Assembly: GCA_010909165.1 (NCBI GenBank)
Contig: VJWM01000025.1
Coordinates: 2,108,001 to 2,172,000 of the forward strand
From: Anthoceros angustus
Taxonomy: Eukaryota > Plantae > Anthocerotophyta
Direction: 5' to 3'
Length of the DNA: 64,000 nt
In this document: piece after piece, positions 1 to 11,693 of the stretch
How the letters are laid out: each line of letters starts with the position of its first letter
Numbering within the stretch: the stretch's first letter is position 1
The notes under the pieces: model-generated
Database searches by the model: none
What the model saw: only the letters and a program-made list of their open reading frames with translations
Told to the model about the DNA's origin: nothing
Translations under genes and position numbers: made by a program

Positions 1-692
1 CAATTACTACTTTTTATTATAATAAAAATCAACAAACTCCAAGAAAATACCTCAATTGCTGCTCTTTATGATCGTCAGAGTCAAGAAGAATACATGAGAG
101 CTCAGAAAAAGCTCCCGTCTTTGCATGAGCTAAGTGCAAAGTTCTATTCCCTCGATCTCTTCCTCATAGCTTTCTTTGAGACACTCACACTCCTAACTCC
201 CACGATTTTTAAGCATTTTAGTCATACGATCGTTCTCCTCTTTATAGCTCTCCTTAAGACACTCACACTTCAAGCTCGCATGGCCTTTAAGCATTTAAGT
301 CCTATCCTCCTCCTCTTCCTCCATTAGAACTTTAAGAACCCTTGATTACCAATTGGTATTATTCATCCCCTATTATAAAAAAAAGCCCATTGTGGTCGCT
401 CGTTGTTGAAAATCCTGCCGGACTTGTCTGAATTAAATCCACGATCAAGTTCACTATTGAAAAGAAAACCACAGAGGCAACATCCTCGACCGTTGTCTTT
501 CATTGTCCACCAATTCTTCCCTTCTTCTTGTTGTTCTTCTGCTCACGTTTCACTAAAAACATAGAGGCAACATGACAAAGAGGGTTTGAAGTTGCGTTCA
601 GAATCACGTAGGCTCGGTTTGTGTCCTTCACAATCCGTTGTTGTCGTCCTCCTCTGATACCTCTCGAGAGTGAACGAGTCTATACTGACAAT

Positions 693-1556
693 ATGTCGAG
701 TTGTGAATGTTTGCTGCCATGCGCCATGATAGGGTCAAATGGAGCGCTGTATTTCGGATTTTCGGTGGCAAACGTGGCCATCGCTGTCATTGCATTGAGA
801 ACCATTGCCATCCCGACTCTCGCTCGTACATATGCGGCGTTTTCGGCGTGTGCAACACTGGTCAATGTTGGCTGCTTTATTTTGTTCGCACATCAGATCA
901 GGTAACTTTGTCACAGCATGTTTCAGCGTGAGTTCTTAAGGAATTCGCCAGATTGTGCTTTCTAGTGAAGCTGAGGAAGAGGAAGACGCCCTTACCAGCT
1001 TCCGCTGGGAACTGTGATACAGCTCATGTTCGTTTGCAGGAACTTCTTCAACAACGCGTTTGGCGGAGCCGAGAGTTTTACAGTGTACTCCGTTCTACTC
1101 ATTTTCTGCACGGAAGCAGTAGCAGCGTTCATCTCTAATTGTTTCTCCAGTCTTCTGTGGTTTCAAATGTATCGTCGAGCGAGCGATGCGATGCATGCGG
1201 CGTACCAGCCCCCTGATCTCCATGGAGTGCCTTCCGGCGACACTACTTTAACTTTTCAGGAGGCGTACTGGCTAATGATTGGCCCCCTTCCATACATGGC
1301 GTGCCAGAGCCGTTTCAGTGAAGCATCCGAATCTGCCCCTGAGACCGAGCATCCCGCGGAGATCGAGCTTACCCCTGAGACCGAGCTTGCCCCGCAGGCC
1401 GAGCTTGCCCCTGAGACCGAGCTTCTTGCCCCTGAGCCCGAGCTTCTTGCCCCTGAGCCCGAGCTTCTTGCCCCTGGGACCGGGCTTGCCCCGGAGACCG
1501 GGCTTTTCCCTGAGACCGAGCTGCCCCTGAGATACCTGAGAATTAACGTGACCTGA
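693..1556 (+). CDS. Orphan multi-pass membrane protein candidate (~241 aa, 2 exons) with acidic Pro-rich repeat tail
   Basis: ORFs 621-905 and 1014-1556 join in frame through a GT-AG intron at 902-1039 (ATC AG|gtaact...tttgcag|G AAC). The product has about three hydrophobic segments and then PETELAP-type repeats. TATA-like element at ~372-381. No family recognised. Confidence 0.55.
1336..1530 (+). repeat. Coding minisatellite, 18/21-bp units (CCCCTGAGACCGAGCTT[CTT]G)
   Basis: About 10 degenerate units read directly; they encode PETELAP/PEPELLA. Confidence 0.9.
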
Positions 1557-2255
1557 AGTCCTACTGGCTACATATTAGGTCCTGCAGGTTACATATTATG
1601 TTTGCTCTTTAGCAAGGGCCTGTGCAAGCGACACGTACAAGCACCATTCTGCACGAGACCAGAGCAGAAGAACGGAACACCACTGGCGAACTACCGACAA
1701 CACTGCATCTTCATGGGGGGATAATCTTAGTTTGGAGTAGTCTAGAATCCTTCAAGGTTTCTTCATTTGACTGAACTGTAGAGCGAACACCTAAACCATG
1801 CATGTATTTGTGGGGTGTTCCGGACGACAACTACTGTATGCTACCGGCCGTGTGGAAGGTTGATTCGACTTAGATGCCTCAGTACATATCTTGTTTAGTA
1901 ACGCACAGCACCGCTGGTTGCTGTTGGTTGACGCAATGAATGTTACCACCACCAAGCAGTACGTCCCGCTTCCACTAGATACCATAACGACCTGCAGAGC
2001 AGCCCGGACATGAAAAACTCCCTGTCAGCAGGATCCTGATCTGACCTTCCGTTCAGAGCCAACTCCCTGTCAGCAGGAACATAATCCGACCTTGTTGAGA
2101 GCACGCATAATCGTAGATTGCTTCTTCCTTCGAGAGGAATTGGCAATGGCTGCGTCTTTCGGAACGCACCACCTCCTCTCCAGGGACTCATCATCTGCAG
2201 TAACAAGAGGAACGTTTAAGCCTCGTATGCAGTGATGCACAAGCGCCGCCACTGC

Positions 2256-2264
2256 AAACCCTAA
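2256..2264 (+). promoter_or_regulatory. Telo-box (AAACCCTAA) upstream of THADA
   Basis: Exact motif ~290 bp upstream of the THADA ATG. Telo-boxes are known in promoters of plant translation/RNA-processing genes. Confidence 0.6.
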
Positions 2265-2553
2265 CCCTACGAAAGGGTTTATTGAGGTGTTTCGCATGCT
2301 GATAGCAGGAATGCGGCAAGGATGGATGACAATTGGCACTCGGAAGGCCTGGAAGATGCAAAGCTGTTCGTCAAGTGACCTGGAGTGGCCAGATTGCATC
2401 TTCTTATTGCTGTAAAGGGAAAATTTCCATCTCCTTCCTCCCCGACCAAGACAGCTCCATCCGGGGCCATGGGATCATCCCGCTGAAATTGAAAGCTTGC
2501 AGCTGCAGGGACTGTAACAGGGCCTTTGTCGGGCCTGTGGGTCGTGAATTGCG

Positions 2554-5500
2554 ATGGCGGCCAAGTGGAGAGCTCAGCAGCGGCGGAAGCGCTGGACGGA
2601 CCGGGGTCTCACATTGCCCCTCTCCGCGGACAAGGATTTGCAGGCACTTGCAGCATCGGAGCTTCCCGAAGTGAGCTCATTCGGGGCAGCTCTGAGGGAG
2701 TTCGTGCAGCTGGCCAACACGTTTGCGCAGATTGCTGCTGTGAAGCGGCTGTCGGACAAGCTGGTAGGGCTGTGCAGAGCGTGCGGGAGGGAGCAGGAGC
2801 AGGATGCGAGGCGGGCGCTGAGCTTGTATGCGGAGCTGGTGTTCGGAGAGAATTCCCGGCCCCTGCACAAGGGCTTGCTCACCGTCTTCCTCCACCAGTT
2901 CCCGGCCGAGAGAGCGGGCTGGGTGCAGGATGCCTTCTACCAGGGCTGCCAGGAGTACGGTGCCGGGGGCTGCAAGGAGCGCAGGTTCGCGCTCACCGGC
3001 CTGGCCACCTCCCTGGCAACCCTACCGCAGAGGTCCGGGCTGGTGCGGGGAGTCACTCAATACTGCCTGAGGCCCATTGTGCTTTCGCTGTGCCGCAATG
3101 TGGAGGATGTTCTGGCGCATGCCAGGCAGGGTGGGCGACCGACACCCAAGACCATGGAGGAATGTCAGGACTCCATGTCGGCTTTGTACTACTTTCTGCA
3201 GGGGTTCTCCGGGAGTTTCAGGTGCTCTGCTGATTCTCAGGAGCGTTTGCAAGGAGACCCTGATGAAGTGTATCTGGCAGCAGTAGAAGTCATCCTTTCT
3301 GTGCTGCAATGCACGCACTTGTCTCGTGACTGTGTAGTAGGGGCAGGAGTGGCATTGTGTGCTGCTGCTCAGATTGGGATGTGTCCTCAGTCTCTTGCCT
3401 TCATGTTTGCGAACGCTGCTTTTCGCTCGACGAGTTTCCGTTACGCTCTCCTTTCTGAAGAGCACGGTTTGTTGTTTGAGCAGGGGCACCGGGGGATGCT
3501 GGAGGCTGCAATTCACGCGCAACGAGGAAGCACTCTTGTGGCGGAGATTCGGAGCTTCTCCGACTTCGGAAAGCTTTGCGTTTTCCGTGGGCTGCTCACT
3601 GGTATACCACGATCCGCTCTGAATGCCCACCTCGTCCGCGTTCCTCAAGAAGCAACAGGAGAGCAGGCATTGACGGCAGCATTGGCGGATGGGACGTGGA
3701 CGGTATGGACGCTTCTGTACGATGGAATTCTTCCTGCCTTGTGCAGCCTTTGCGAGGGAGCTATCGACAGCCATTTCAAGTTTCATACCATTACCGCTAC
3801 TCAGATGTGCCTGCAGCAGATCAAAGCGTCGATCACTGGAGATGTGACGAGTCTATCAGCTGAGGAGTTCTCACAGGCTGCGGTAAAGCATCAATTGTCT
3901 CTCGAGGCGTATGATCCGCTCCCGACCTCCATGATCAAGCAGGTGCTGCAGATTGTCTGGAACAACTGGGAGGATCCTCTGACGCAAACAGTGAAGCAGG
4001 TGCAGATCGTTTTCGATTTGCTGATTGATGTGCAGTCGGTTCATGATCCCAAGAAAAGTACTGGTGCCTTGGCTGGCTCCCTTGGTCCACTAGAATCTGA
4101 GGACTTGCGGCCGGCCACATTAGCTGCAGAGGTGCAGCCGACCCACCATTCGCATAGCGGTAGTGAAGAACAGTGTAGCCACTCTACCAAATCCGCTACA
4201 GAACGGTTTCTCCTGGATATTGCAACTGATTTGCTATCAGTAGGTGGGCACAGGAAGGGCCGGTATGTGCCTCTTGCATCTTTAGCCTTGCGACTTGGAG
4301 CTAAAAGGCTGCTTGAAATGAGTCCTAATCTTCTCTTTGAGACCATCTTTGCCCTTCAGGATGATGATGTCTGCTGCTCTGCCAGCTCTTTTTTAAAATC
4401 TTTTCTTGAGCGGTTACGAGAGGACTATTGGAGTTCCCAGGGTGTAACGGTGGGCAGCCTAACGTTCAGAAGACTCTGGGTTCCTCCCTTGTTAGCCGGA
4501 CTCGTTGCAGGGAACACTAGGCTGCGCTGCAACCTGAACATCTATGCTGTTCCTGTGGCATTGGAAATTGATCCTGATGCCCTCTTGCCCATGCTTGCCT
4601 TTGTGTTGAATGAGGCCAAGTCAGACTCTGCCATGGGCCCTGAATCTTGCATTTCGGGCATGGACTCCGATGAGCAGAGAGGTAGCTTCTCTTGGAATGA
4701 ACTTGAAGGAGCAGCCAAGCTACCAGAGAATATTACAAGTGAGCAGCAGGTAGCAGCTCTCATCTCAATTCTAAAGGTGGCTCGGTCAGTGGCGCTTATA
4801 GATGGAGCAATCGCACACAGTGGAAATCTCCCCCATCCTTCTGAGCAAGAGAACACGTCTTGTTCTTTGAGGCAAACGTCAGCAGTTTTCTGGGTGAGGG
4901 GGCAGCCAATCTCAGTGCCCTTGTCATTGCTGGAGGCAGCTGTAACCCACATGGAAGATGGGGTCAGAGTGGATATTGCTGAATTAATTTGCCTAAGCCC
5001 AAAAACAGCATCCATGCCATCACCCTTGGAGTTGAGGTTATTGTATATTGCCCTACCATTGAATATGCGGTGCTCATCTACAGGATTTCGCATGAAGTGG
5101 ATAAGCCTGTTGAAGAAATTCTTTTTACGAGTGCGAACTGCTGTGGAAAGAGAGAAGAAACTTGAGTCTGATCGCTGCAAAAGAGCTGTGAATCACAGTC
5201 AGAGCTGCCACCTCCCCGATAGCACTGTGAGTGGGCACTTCTTAAGTGAAGAGTTGCAGCAATTGGCAATGGCTGATCCTGAAGATGACCAGCACACTAG
5301 TGTCGTTAGTGTGGAGGATATGCAGCAGTTAATGCAGTGGTTGAGTCAGTTGGTAGTCTGTTCACTTTATCCTTCTGCTCCTTATGAGCGCAAGAACATG
5401 GCAATGGAGATTTTGAATGCACTTATTGAGGTCTGGGACTTGTCGAATCCTTGTGCCAAAAGGTCTGGTCGTTACAGTTCATCTCCGCTTCTGGATTCGA

Positions 5501-8500
5501 ACAACTTCTCCCCATATAGAAAAGGGCTACTCTCTCCTGAGTCAACATCCGTTGTTTTTGGTTCCCTTGTCGATAGCTGGGATAGGCTCAGGGAAGGTGC
5601 TTTTAAGGTTCTCACAAGGTTTCCGACACCTTTGCCTGGCCTGGATACAGAAACAGAAGTTGAGAATGTTTTGGTTTGGGTGAAAGGATTGGTGCAAAGC
5701 CCCCGTGTCAGAGAAAGCGATGCAGGGGCCTTGGCTTTACGTCTGATCTTTCAAAAGTATGTCTGCCACCTTGGATGGACTGTAGAAATGCATCCTGAGC
5801 CTCATGTAGTCAAGCAGGCCAAGCACACTGAGAAGAATTCAAATTCTGAGATGCATCGAATCGGGGCAGCAATTGGTGCGTACATACAGTCGCTTAGTAA
5901 CTGGCTAGAATGGGGAGTTGGCGAGGGAGATAGGAATCTTATCAAAGCGTGTGAGCAGAGTTTTGTGCATGGTGTCTTGCTGGCCCTCCGATACACAATG
6001 GATGAGATTGATTTCTCGTCCACAGCCATCAGAATGGCTTCCTCATGCATTCGGAGTGCTCTTGATAGGCTTCTTAGTCTCCTATTGCGCGTCACCACCC
6101 TTGCCTTGTGGGTTGTATCAGCTGATGCTCTGAATATCCAGGAAAGGTTTGCACTGAGCCCAGATGATCTGATTAGATATGATCATGCTGGGGATGGTCC
6201 AAAAGCTGCTACCCATGAAGAGGCAGCAGGGTACATGGAAGAGAGTGATGACGAGGGAAGCCTAGCACCCCTGGAGCAGATGGTGATGGTTGGGTGCTGG
6301 CTTTCTATGAAGGAGGTAAACAACGGAAAGTATCATGGCATGTGTGTGATAACCGTTGGGATTTTGTCAGGGTGAGTGCTGATGTGCTGTCGAAATCTTG
6401 AACATGGTGGCAGGTCAGTCTTCTACTTGGCACAATCACTAGAAGAGTTCCATTACCGGGGTCTACCTTTGAGAGTGCTGACTCAACTACTGATGATGGT
6501 CAAGGGAGCTTGTTGGAGGCCTCCCTTCAAGGACACATTTCAGATGATGGAGGAATCCTGTTGGATGCAAAGCAGCTTGAGAGCATTGGTGAGCACTTTC
6601 TGCAAGTCCTTTTATCAATGAAGCATAATGGTGCAATCGACAAGACTAGGGCTGGGTTCACAGCTCTTTGTGACCGACTTCTGCGGTCGAATGATCCACG
6701 GTATGGAATCCTCCCTACCCTCATTGTGTGTTGCCGTTTGTAGTGTTCTGCAAAGGAAATTTCGGCTTTGTCGTCGTGCTTGAATATCATATGTTGTACT
6801 CATTGTTTTGTAAGTAAGTGCTGTTTTCTCACAGTCCAGATTTGTGCATCAGGTTGAATGCCATGCCAGAAGCTTGGCTGGAGCAGCTTATGAAGCATAC
6901 TGGTGCAGAAGGGCAGACTGTTGATGATCTTCTTAGGAGGAGCGCAGGAATCCCAGCAGCATTTCTTGCCCTGTTTCTTTCGGAGCCTGATGGTGCACCT
7001 AAGAAGCTCCTTCCTGCAGCCATGAGATGGATAATCCATACAGCAAATAACTTTCTGTTAGATTCAGGAAAAGAAAATGGCGCCATGTTGTCAGAAGAGA
7101 AAAGAGAAAGCATGGCTGGAGGTCTTGGAAGGAGAGAAGCGGGTCTGAAGAATCTGGAAAAGGAATTGCCTGGGGCTCTCAAATCACGTGATGATGGAGT
7201 TGTTCCAGCCGTTCATTGTTTTAATGTTATGAGAGTTGCCTTTCATGACACAAATTTGGCAACAGATACATCGGGATTTTGTGCAGAGGGCCTTATTGTA
7301 GCCATAAGAGCATTTTCGTCCCGACATTGGGAAGTGAGGAACAGTGCAACCCTAGCATTTACTGCACTTGTGCATCGCACAATTGGATTTTTGAATGCAT
7401 ACAAACGAGAGTCAGCACGTCGAGCCATAACTGGATTCGAGTTTTTTCACAGGTAACAGCTTTTGATTCATCTGGGTGACCTGGTGAGACTTGGCAGTAC
7501 GTTCTATTACGAAAACTGACTTGTTTCATTCGAGTAACTGTGGTCTCTTTTGGTTGTAGGTATCCAGCACTGCACCCATTTTTATTGGAAGAACTGCAGT
7601 CTGCAACTTTTCAGTTAGAGCATGGGACAGGTGGTGGATTAAATGAGGGTGCTGGCGTGGCAAATAGGCTGCACCCAAGTTTGGGCCCAGTTCTAATTAT
7701 TCTATCACGGCTTAAACCATCTTTGATAAATAATGATGGTGAAGATTGGCTGAGTCCCTCAGCTTTCATGCCTTATGTAGCCCGGTGTGCTACCCAGCGT
7801 AACCAACATGTACGCGTCCTTGCATCTCGGGCATTAGCACCCCTTGTTTCTAAGGAGCATTTGTGTAGTGTGCTTGTCGGGCTGGCAGGGAGCTTGCCTG
7901 AACAAAAGAGGGGAATGGCTGCAGGGCCTCTATCATTTAATGCTGTCCACGGCATTGTCTTGCAAATGCACATTCTTTTGACGTCCAATTGTGCAGGCAT
8001 TCCAGATGTGGAGGAGAGATGGAAAACTGTTACTATGGTTGCTATGACTCTTGAGAGATTCTTGTGGCTTGGTTCTGTGGAGCTCTGTCGTTGCCACATG
8101 GTGGTTCGGGGGTTCTTACAATTGTTAGAAGGATTGTTGGAGGTTGGGAGGACTTGTCACATGTTGCAAGTTGAAGCTTGTCAAATCTTTTGTCGCCTGG
8201 AAGCATCCCTTGTACACTTGTGTGTGGAATGCCTAAGTGACCACAGAAGGAGGAGTCCAGAGGGCATAGACGACTCCTCATTCACTATTTTGCGGGAGAC
8301 AGCAGCCTCTGTATATTTTAGAATTGGTCTGTACAATTGGCTTGACAATGTCGAAGGGTTGGATGGATATTGGAGTTATGCCGCTGTCTCCAGGGCAGAT
8401 GGGACTGTTGCAAGGCCTCCCCAAGGTGGATCTACTGTGCACTCCATTGAGGCCTTTTCTCACAGTATTTTGAAAGTGCAATTGAGTCGGGCTCTTTGTG

Positions 8501-10245
8501 ATGACATGCATGAAATCCGGTTTGCAACTCTGAAGGTCTTGCGGAAGTTTTTCCAACATGTTCTCCTCAACAATGAACTTCATAGGGTGCATGGTGCCGA
8601 AAGGACGAGTAAGCTACGTACCTTGGTTGTTGAACTCTTACAACCATTGTTGTTAGATCGGTTGGACATAGAGAGCCATCCCGGTTGCGTTCGGAGCATT
8701 CTAGCAGTCTTCTTCTGCTGGAGTAAGATATATGCTCTGAAAAGTGTTGTGGAAGGAACTCAGGGGCAACAGACGGCCAAAGACCTATGCATAGATTCTG
8801 TATGGGGCCAAGGCTCGTCTGTGCTCCAACTGTTGGATAGATTATCAATAGTTTACGAAAATTCAAGACACAGCAAAACAAGAGAGGTGGCTGTACGGTG
8901 TCTGGGTGGGTGCCTAGGGCAACTAGTTCTCCAGATACGGCGTAATCAGCAGGAAGCAGTCAAGTTGCCCGGTCCAGCGGTAGTTATTGTTTCCGTCCCT
9001 CAGTCTCCAGAGCTGACCGCTGTGACAATTGCTGATGGTGTGAGGAATGGTGACATGGACCAACTTGCCTTTTCTGCTAGAAGTGAAACAGATGTAACTC
9101 TGGCGCCACCTTCTCTCCTCTTTTCCAAAAGCATTCAAGAAAGAATTGACAAGTTACTTCAATTGCTGACAAAGCACAGTCAAGCAAGTGAAGGAGTGAA
9201 GTTCCGTCGTGCTACAGCTGATGCAGCTACAGCTTGTGGGCTGCTACAAGAGGCTATATGGGTTGGGCATTTACTGAAAACGAGGGTATCAGAAGGCAAG
9301 AATGTGGAGGGCTTAGAATGGTATGCAAGTTCCATCTTAACTGTCTGGTCCATTGCTATTAATCTTCTGGAGGATGAAGATCAGGAACTTCGGCAGAACC
9401 TTGCTCTGTCAGTTTTGCAAGTTATAGCCTTGAGAGGAGAATCTCCGGGCCAAGTCAAGCTCATTCCCACTCAGGTTGAGAAAGTTGTGCAGCTGAGTTT
9501 TTCTTTTCTTACAAAGCATTTTGGGTTTTGGATGGGGTACTGGGATTATCTTGCTCAGATGATGCTAGGAACAGATAAAGGCAGTGATTCATATCATTGC
9601 ACTGATCTGGTTCGGCGGCTGTTTGACAAAGAGATAGACAACCACCATGAGGAAGAATTCTTCTTTGTACAGCTCAGTAGCTACCACCTTCAAAAACTGT
9701 TCCAGGGTCAATGCAGGCCGGTAATCAGTGGTGAACGTGGCTTATTGCGTCATTTGAAAGACAGTGGCCAAGATCTGTTTGGTGGCATCGATGGTGATAG
9801 TTTTGTACTTCTCGAGGCTGGGCAAGACATTAAACCTGTAGTTGCTAGGCAGATGGAAGAGTGGATGAGACTGTGGAGACAGCGCTTCTTGATACAAGCC
9901 CTGGCTTCCGCAAAGTCTGCTGTGCAGCTACAACTGAACATGCGTTGGCTAGGAGGGGTAACCAATCATCAGGATGCTTTCAAAGGCCTGTATTGCAGCT
10001 TGCTGGGCCTTCTCACGCTGGCCGGCCCCCCCAGTGAGGAAGAGGAACTCGTGTCAGGAGTGCTTAAACTGACTAGCTTGCTGAAGCAATTACCCCTGAA
10101 TCCTCTCATTTCAAACACGTTTTTGAGACTGCTCACGGTCTACCAAGGTCATTGTCATACTGCTGACTTCTCTGTAGCAGAGTTCCGAACTTTCATCGGA
10201 CGGGCGCTCTGTGATGATTTTGAGACCCTGTTTCTGATTTTGTGA
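2554..10245 (+). CDS. THADA: THADA / TRM732-like ARM-repeat tRNA 2'-O-methylation cofactor (~2444 aa, 4 exons)
   Basis: Exons 2554-6315, 6414-6700, 6853-7452 and 7560-10245 join in frame (7335 nt, GT-AG). Family-typical motifs: MAAKWRAQQ, HRKGRYVPLASL, GCWLSMKEVSLLLG, KHNGAID, RRSAGIP, HWEVRNSATLAF. Confidence 0.95.
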
Positions 10246-10812
10246 ATTGAAGTTATTTCATTTAGAGTTACTGCCCTCTGAGAAGCAGCTCGTGGCCAGA
10301 ATGGTAGACCGAGCTTGCCTCTTCCTCTTATTATATACTAGGTGCTCCTGCAATGGGGTGCGCGCTATTGCTTGGTAGTATGCCATCTTGCTACGCGATC
10401 ACCTATGTACTTACGTGATCTACAAGTGCATCTTGGCAATTTATTTATGCAAGCTTCTGGAAGTGATAGAAACTTGCACCTTTACTCAAGACGGTGAAGG
10501 CGGACGCTTTTGCACCCCTCACGGCAGCTTCCTCCATGGCCTCACCAAGCCGCCATCAAGTATACCAATTGGACAGGACGACAGCATGCAGTACTGACCG
10601 ACGACTAGTCTCAGAGGAAGACCTTGGAAATGGCAGGGGGGCAGCAGCGACCGTAGAAAACTCAATCCTTCATGGTTTCATTTGATTCCATTTTCCAGGT
10701 ACACGAGATCCCACCCACCTGTTGGCCAGTTGGAGCATGAAGCTGGATCCCAAGTGCACTAACACCTGTATATGATGGAAGAGCCTATTTTGTGCTAATT
10801 GAGCCAAACAAC

Positions 10813-11011
10813 AAGAGAGGGAGCGGCCCTGGAACAGCAGATGCGAGAGGTTAGCGGGGATGGGAGGAGAGGTAGAGAAGCAGCGGGAACGGGTAAGAGA
10901 GGGAGCGGCCCAGGGACAGCAGATTCGAGAGGTGAGGGGGGATGGGAGGAGAGGTAGAGAGGCAGCGGGAACGGGTAAGAGAGGGAGCGGCCCAAGGACA
11001 GCAGATTCGAG
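10813..11011. repeat. 82-bp tandem repeat, ~2.4 copies, purine-rich
   Basis: AAGAGAGGGAGCGGCCC recurs at 10813, 10895 and 10977. Confidence 0.9.
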
Positions 11012-11280
11012 CACCACCTCCTGCAGCTAGGCCGGGCACCTTTCTTGACTCCCACGCATGCACACCCTCAATCTTGATCTTGCACAAAGATGGGTGACAA
11101 AGAGAATTCAGACCAAGCATCGATTTTGTTTCTGAGCTGAGATTCATGATAAGGGACGGTGGCCTGAAGTCCTTCTTGGCTTTGGTTCGGGCAAGATCCA
11201 ACCCAATTTTGGAGAGAGAAATTATTTGTCCAAGTTCCACATTTGCACATTGCGTGCTATCTGAAAATGAAATTGACATT

Positions 11281-11416
11281 GCTCTGAAAATCGGAACGGT
11301 GAGTTCACCGAACCACATGCTCTGGAAATCGGGACGGTGAGTTCACCGAACCACATTCTCTGAAAATCGAAACGGTGAGTTCACCGAACCACATGATCTC
11401 AAAACCACATGATCTC
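11281..11416. repeat. 38-bp tandem repeat x3 with near-palindromic core CGGTGAGTTCACCG
   Basis: Cores at 11297, 11335 and 11373 (period 38), no spacers. Resembles transposon subterminal repeats. Confidence 0.9.
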
Positions 11417-11425
11417 ACGCATAGC

Positions 11426-11681
11426 TGTTGAAGACCCAGCTGACCAGCTTGAACAGTTCACACCACTCATCGACCCAGCTGACCAGCTTGAACAATTCAC
11501 ACCACTCATTGAACAGACACACCCGACCATCATCCATGCTCAACGGTCGCACCTCCTCACTCACCTGCACCTACACATGCTCACAAGACTTAGCATACAT
11601 GAGAACAAGAGTAACGATGAGATGAAATCTGACTGATCTGTAACAAAGAAAACTACTATCGTACCTTTGTGCATTTCCTTA
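11426..11681 (+). repeat. 5' LTR of copia remnant 1
   Basis: Begins TG and contains a 39-bp internal tandem duplication. 11568-11680 matches 17176-17287 almost perfectly. Followed by the PBS. Confidence 0.8.
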
Positions 11682-11693
11682 CGGTATCCGAGC
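11682..11693 (+). promoter_or_regulatory. Degenerate primer-binding site (tRNA-iMet type)
   Basis: CGGTATCCGAGC versus canonical TGGTATCAGAGC (10/12), immediately after the LTR. Confidence 0.75.

Noticed and set aside
1790-1990. Ulp1-protease-like fragment (HRWLLLVD)
   Set aside because: A single short motif in a stop-interrupted frame.
2250-2275. Telomerase RNA template candidate (AAACCCTAACCCTA)
   Set aside because: Position fits a promoter telo-box; I see no USE/TATA type-3 Pol III promoter or other TR features.
11281-11416. CRISPR-like palindromic 38-bp repeats
   Set aside because: Units are directly adjacent with no unique spacers, there are no cas genes, and the context is eukaryotic.
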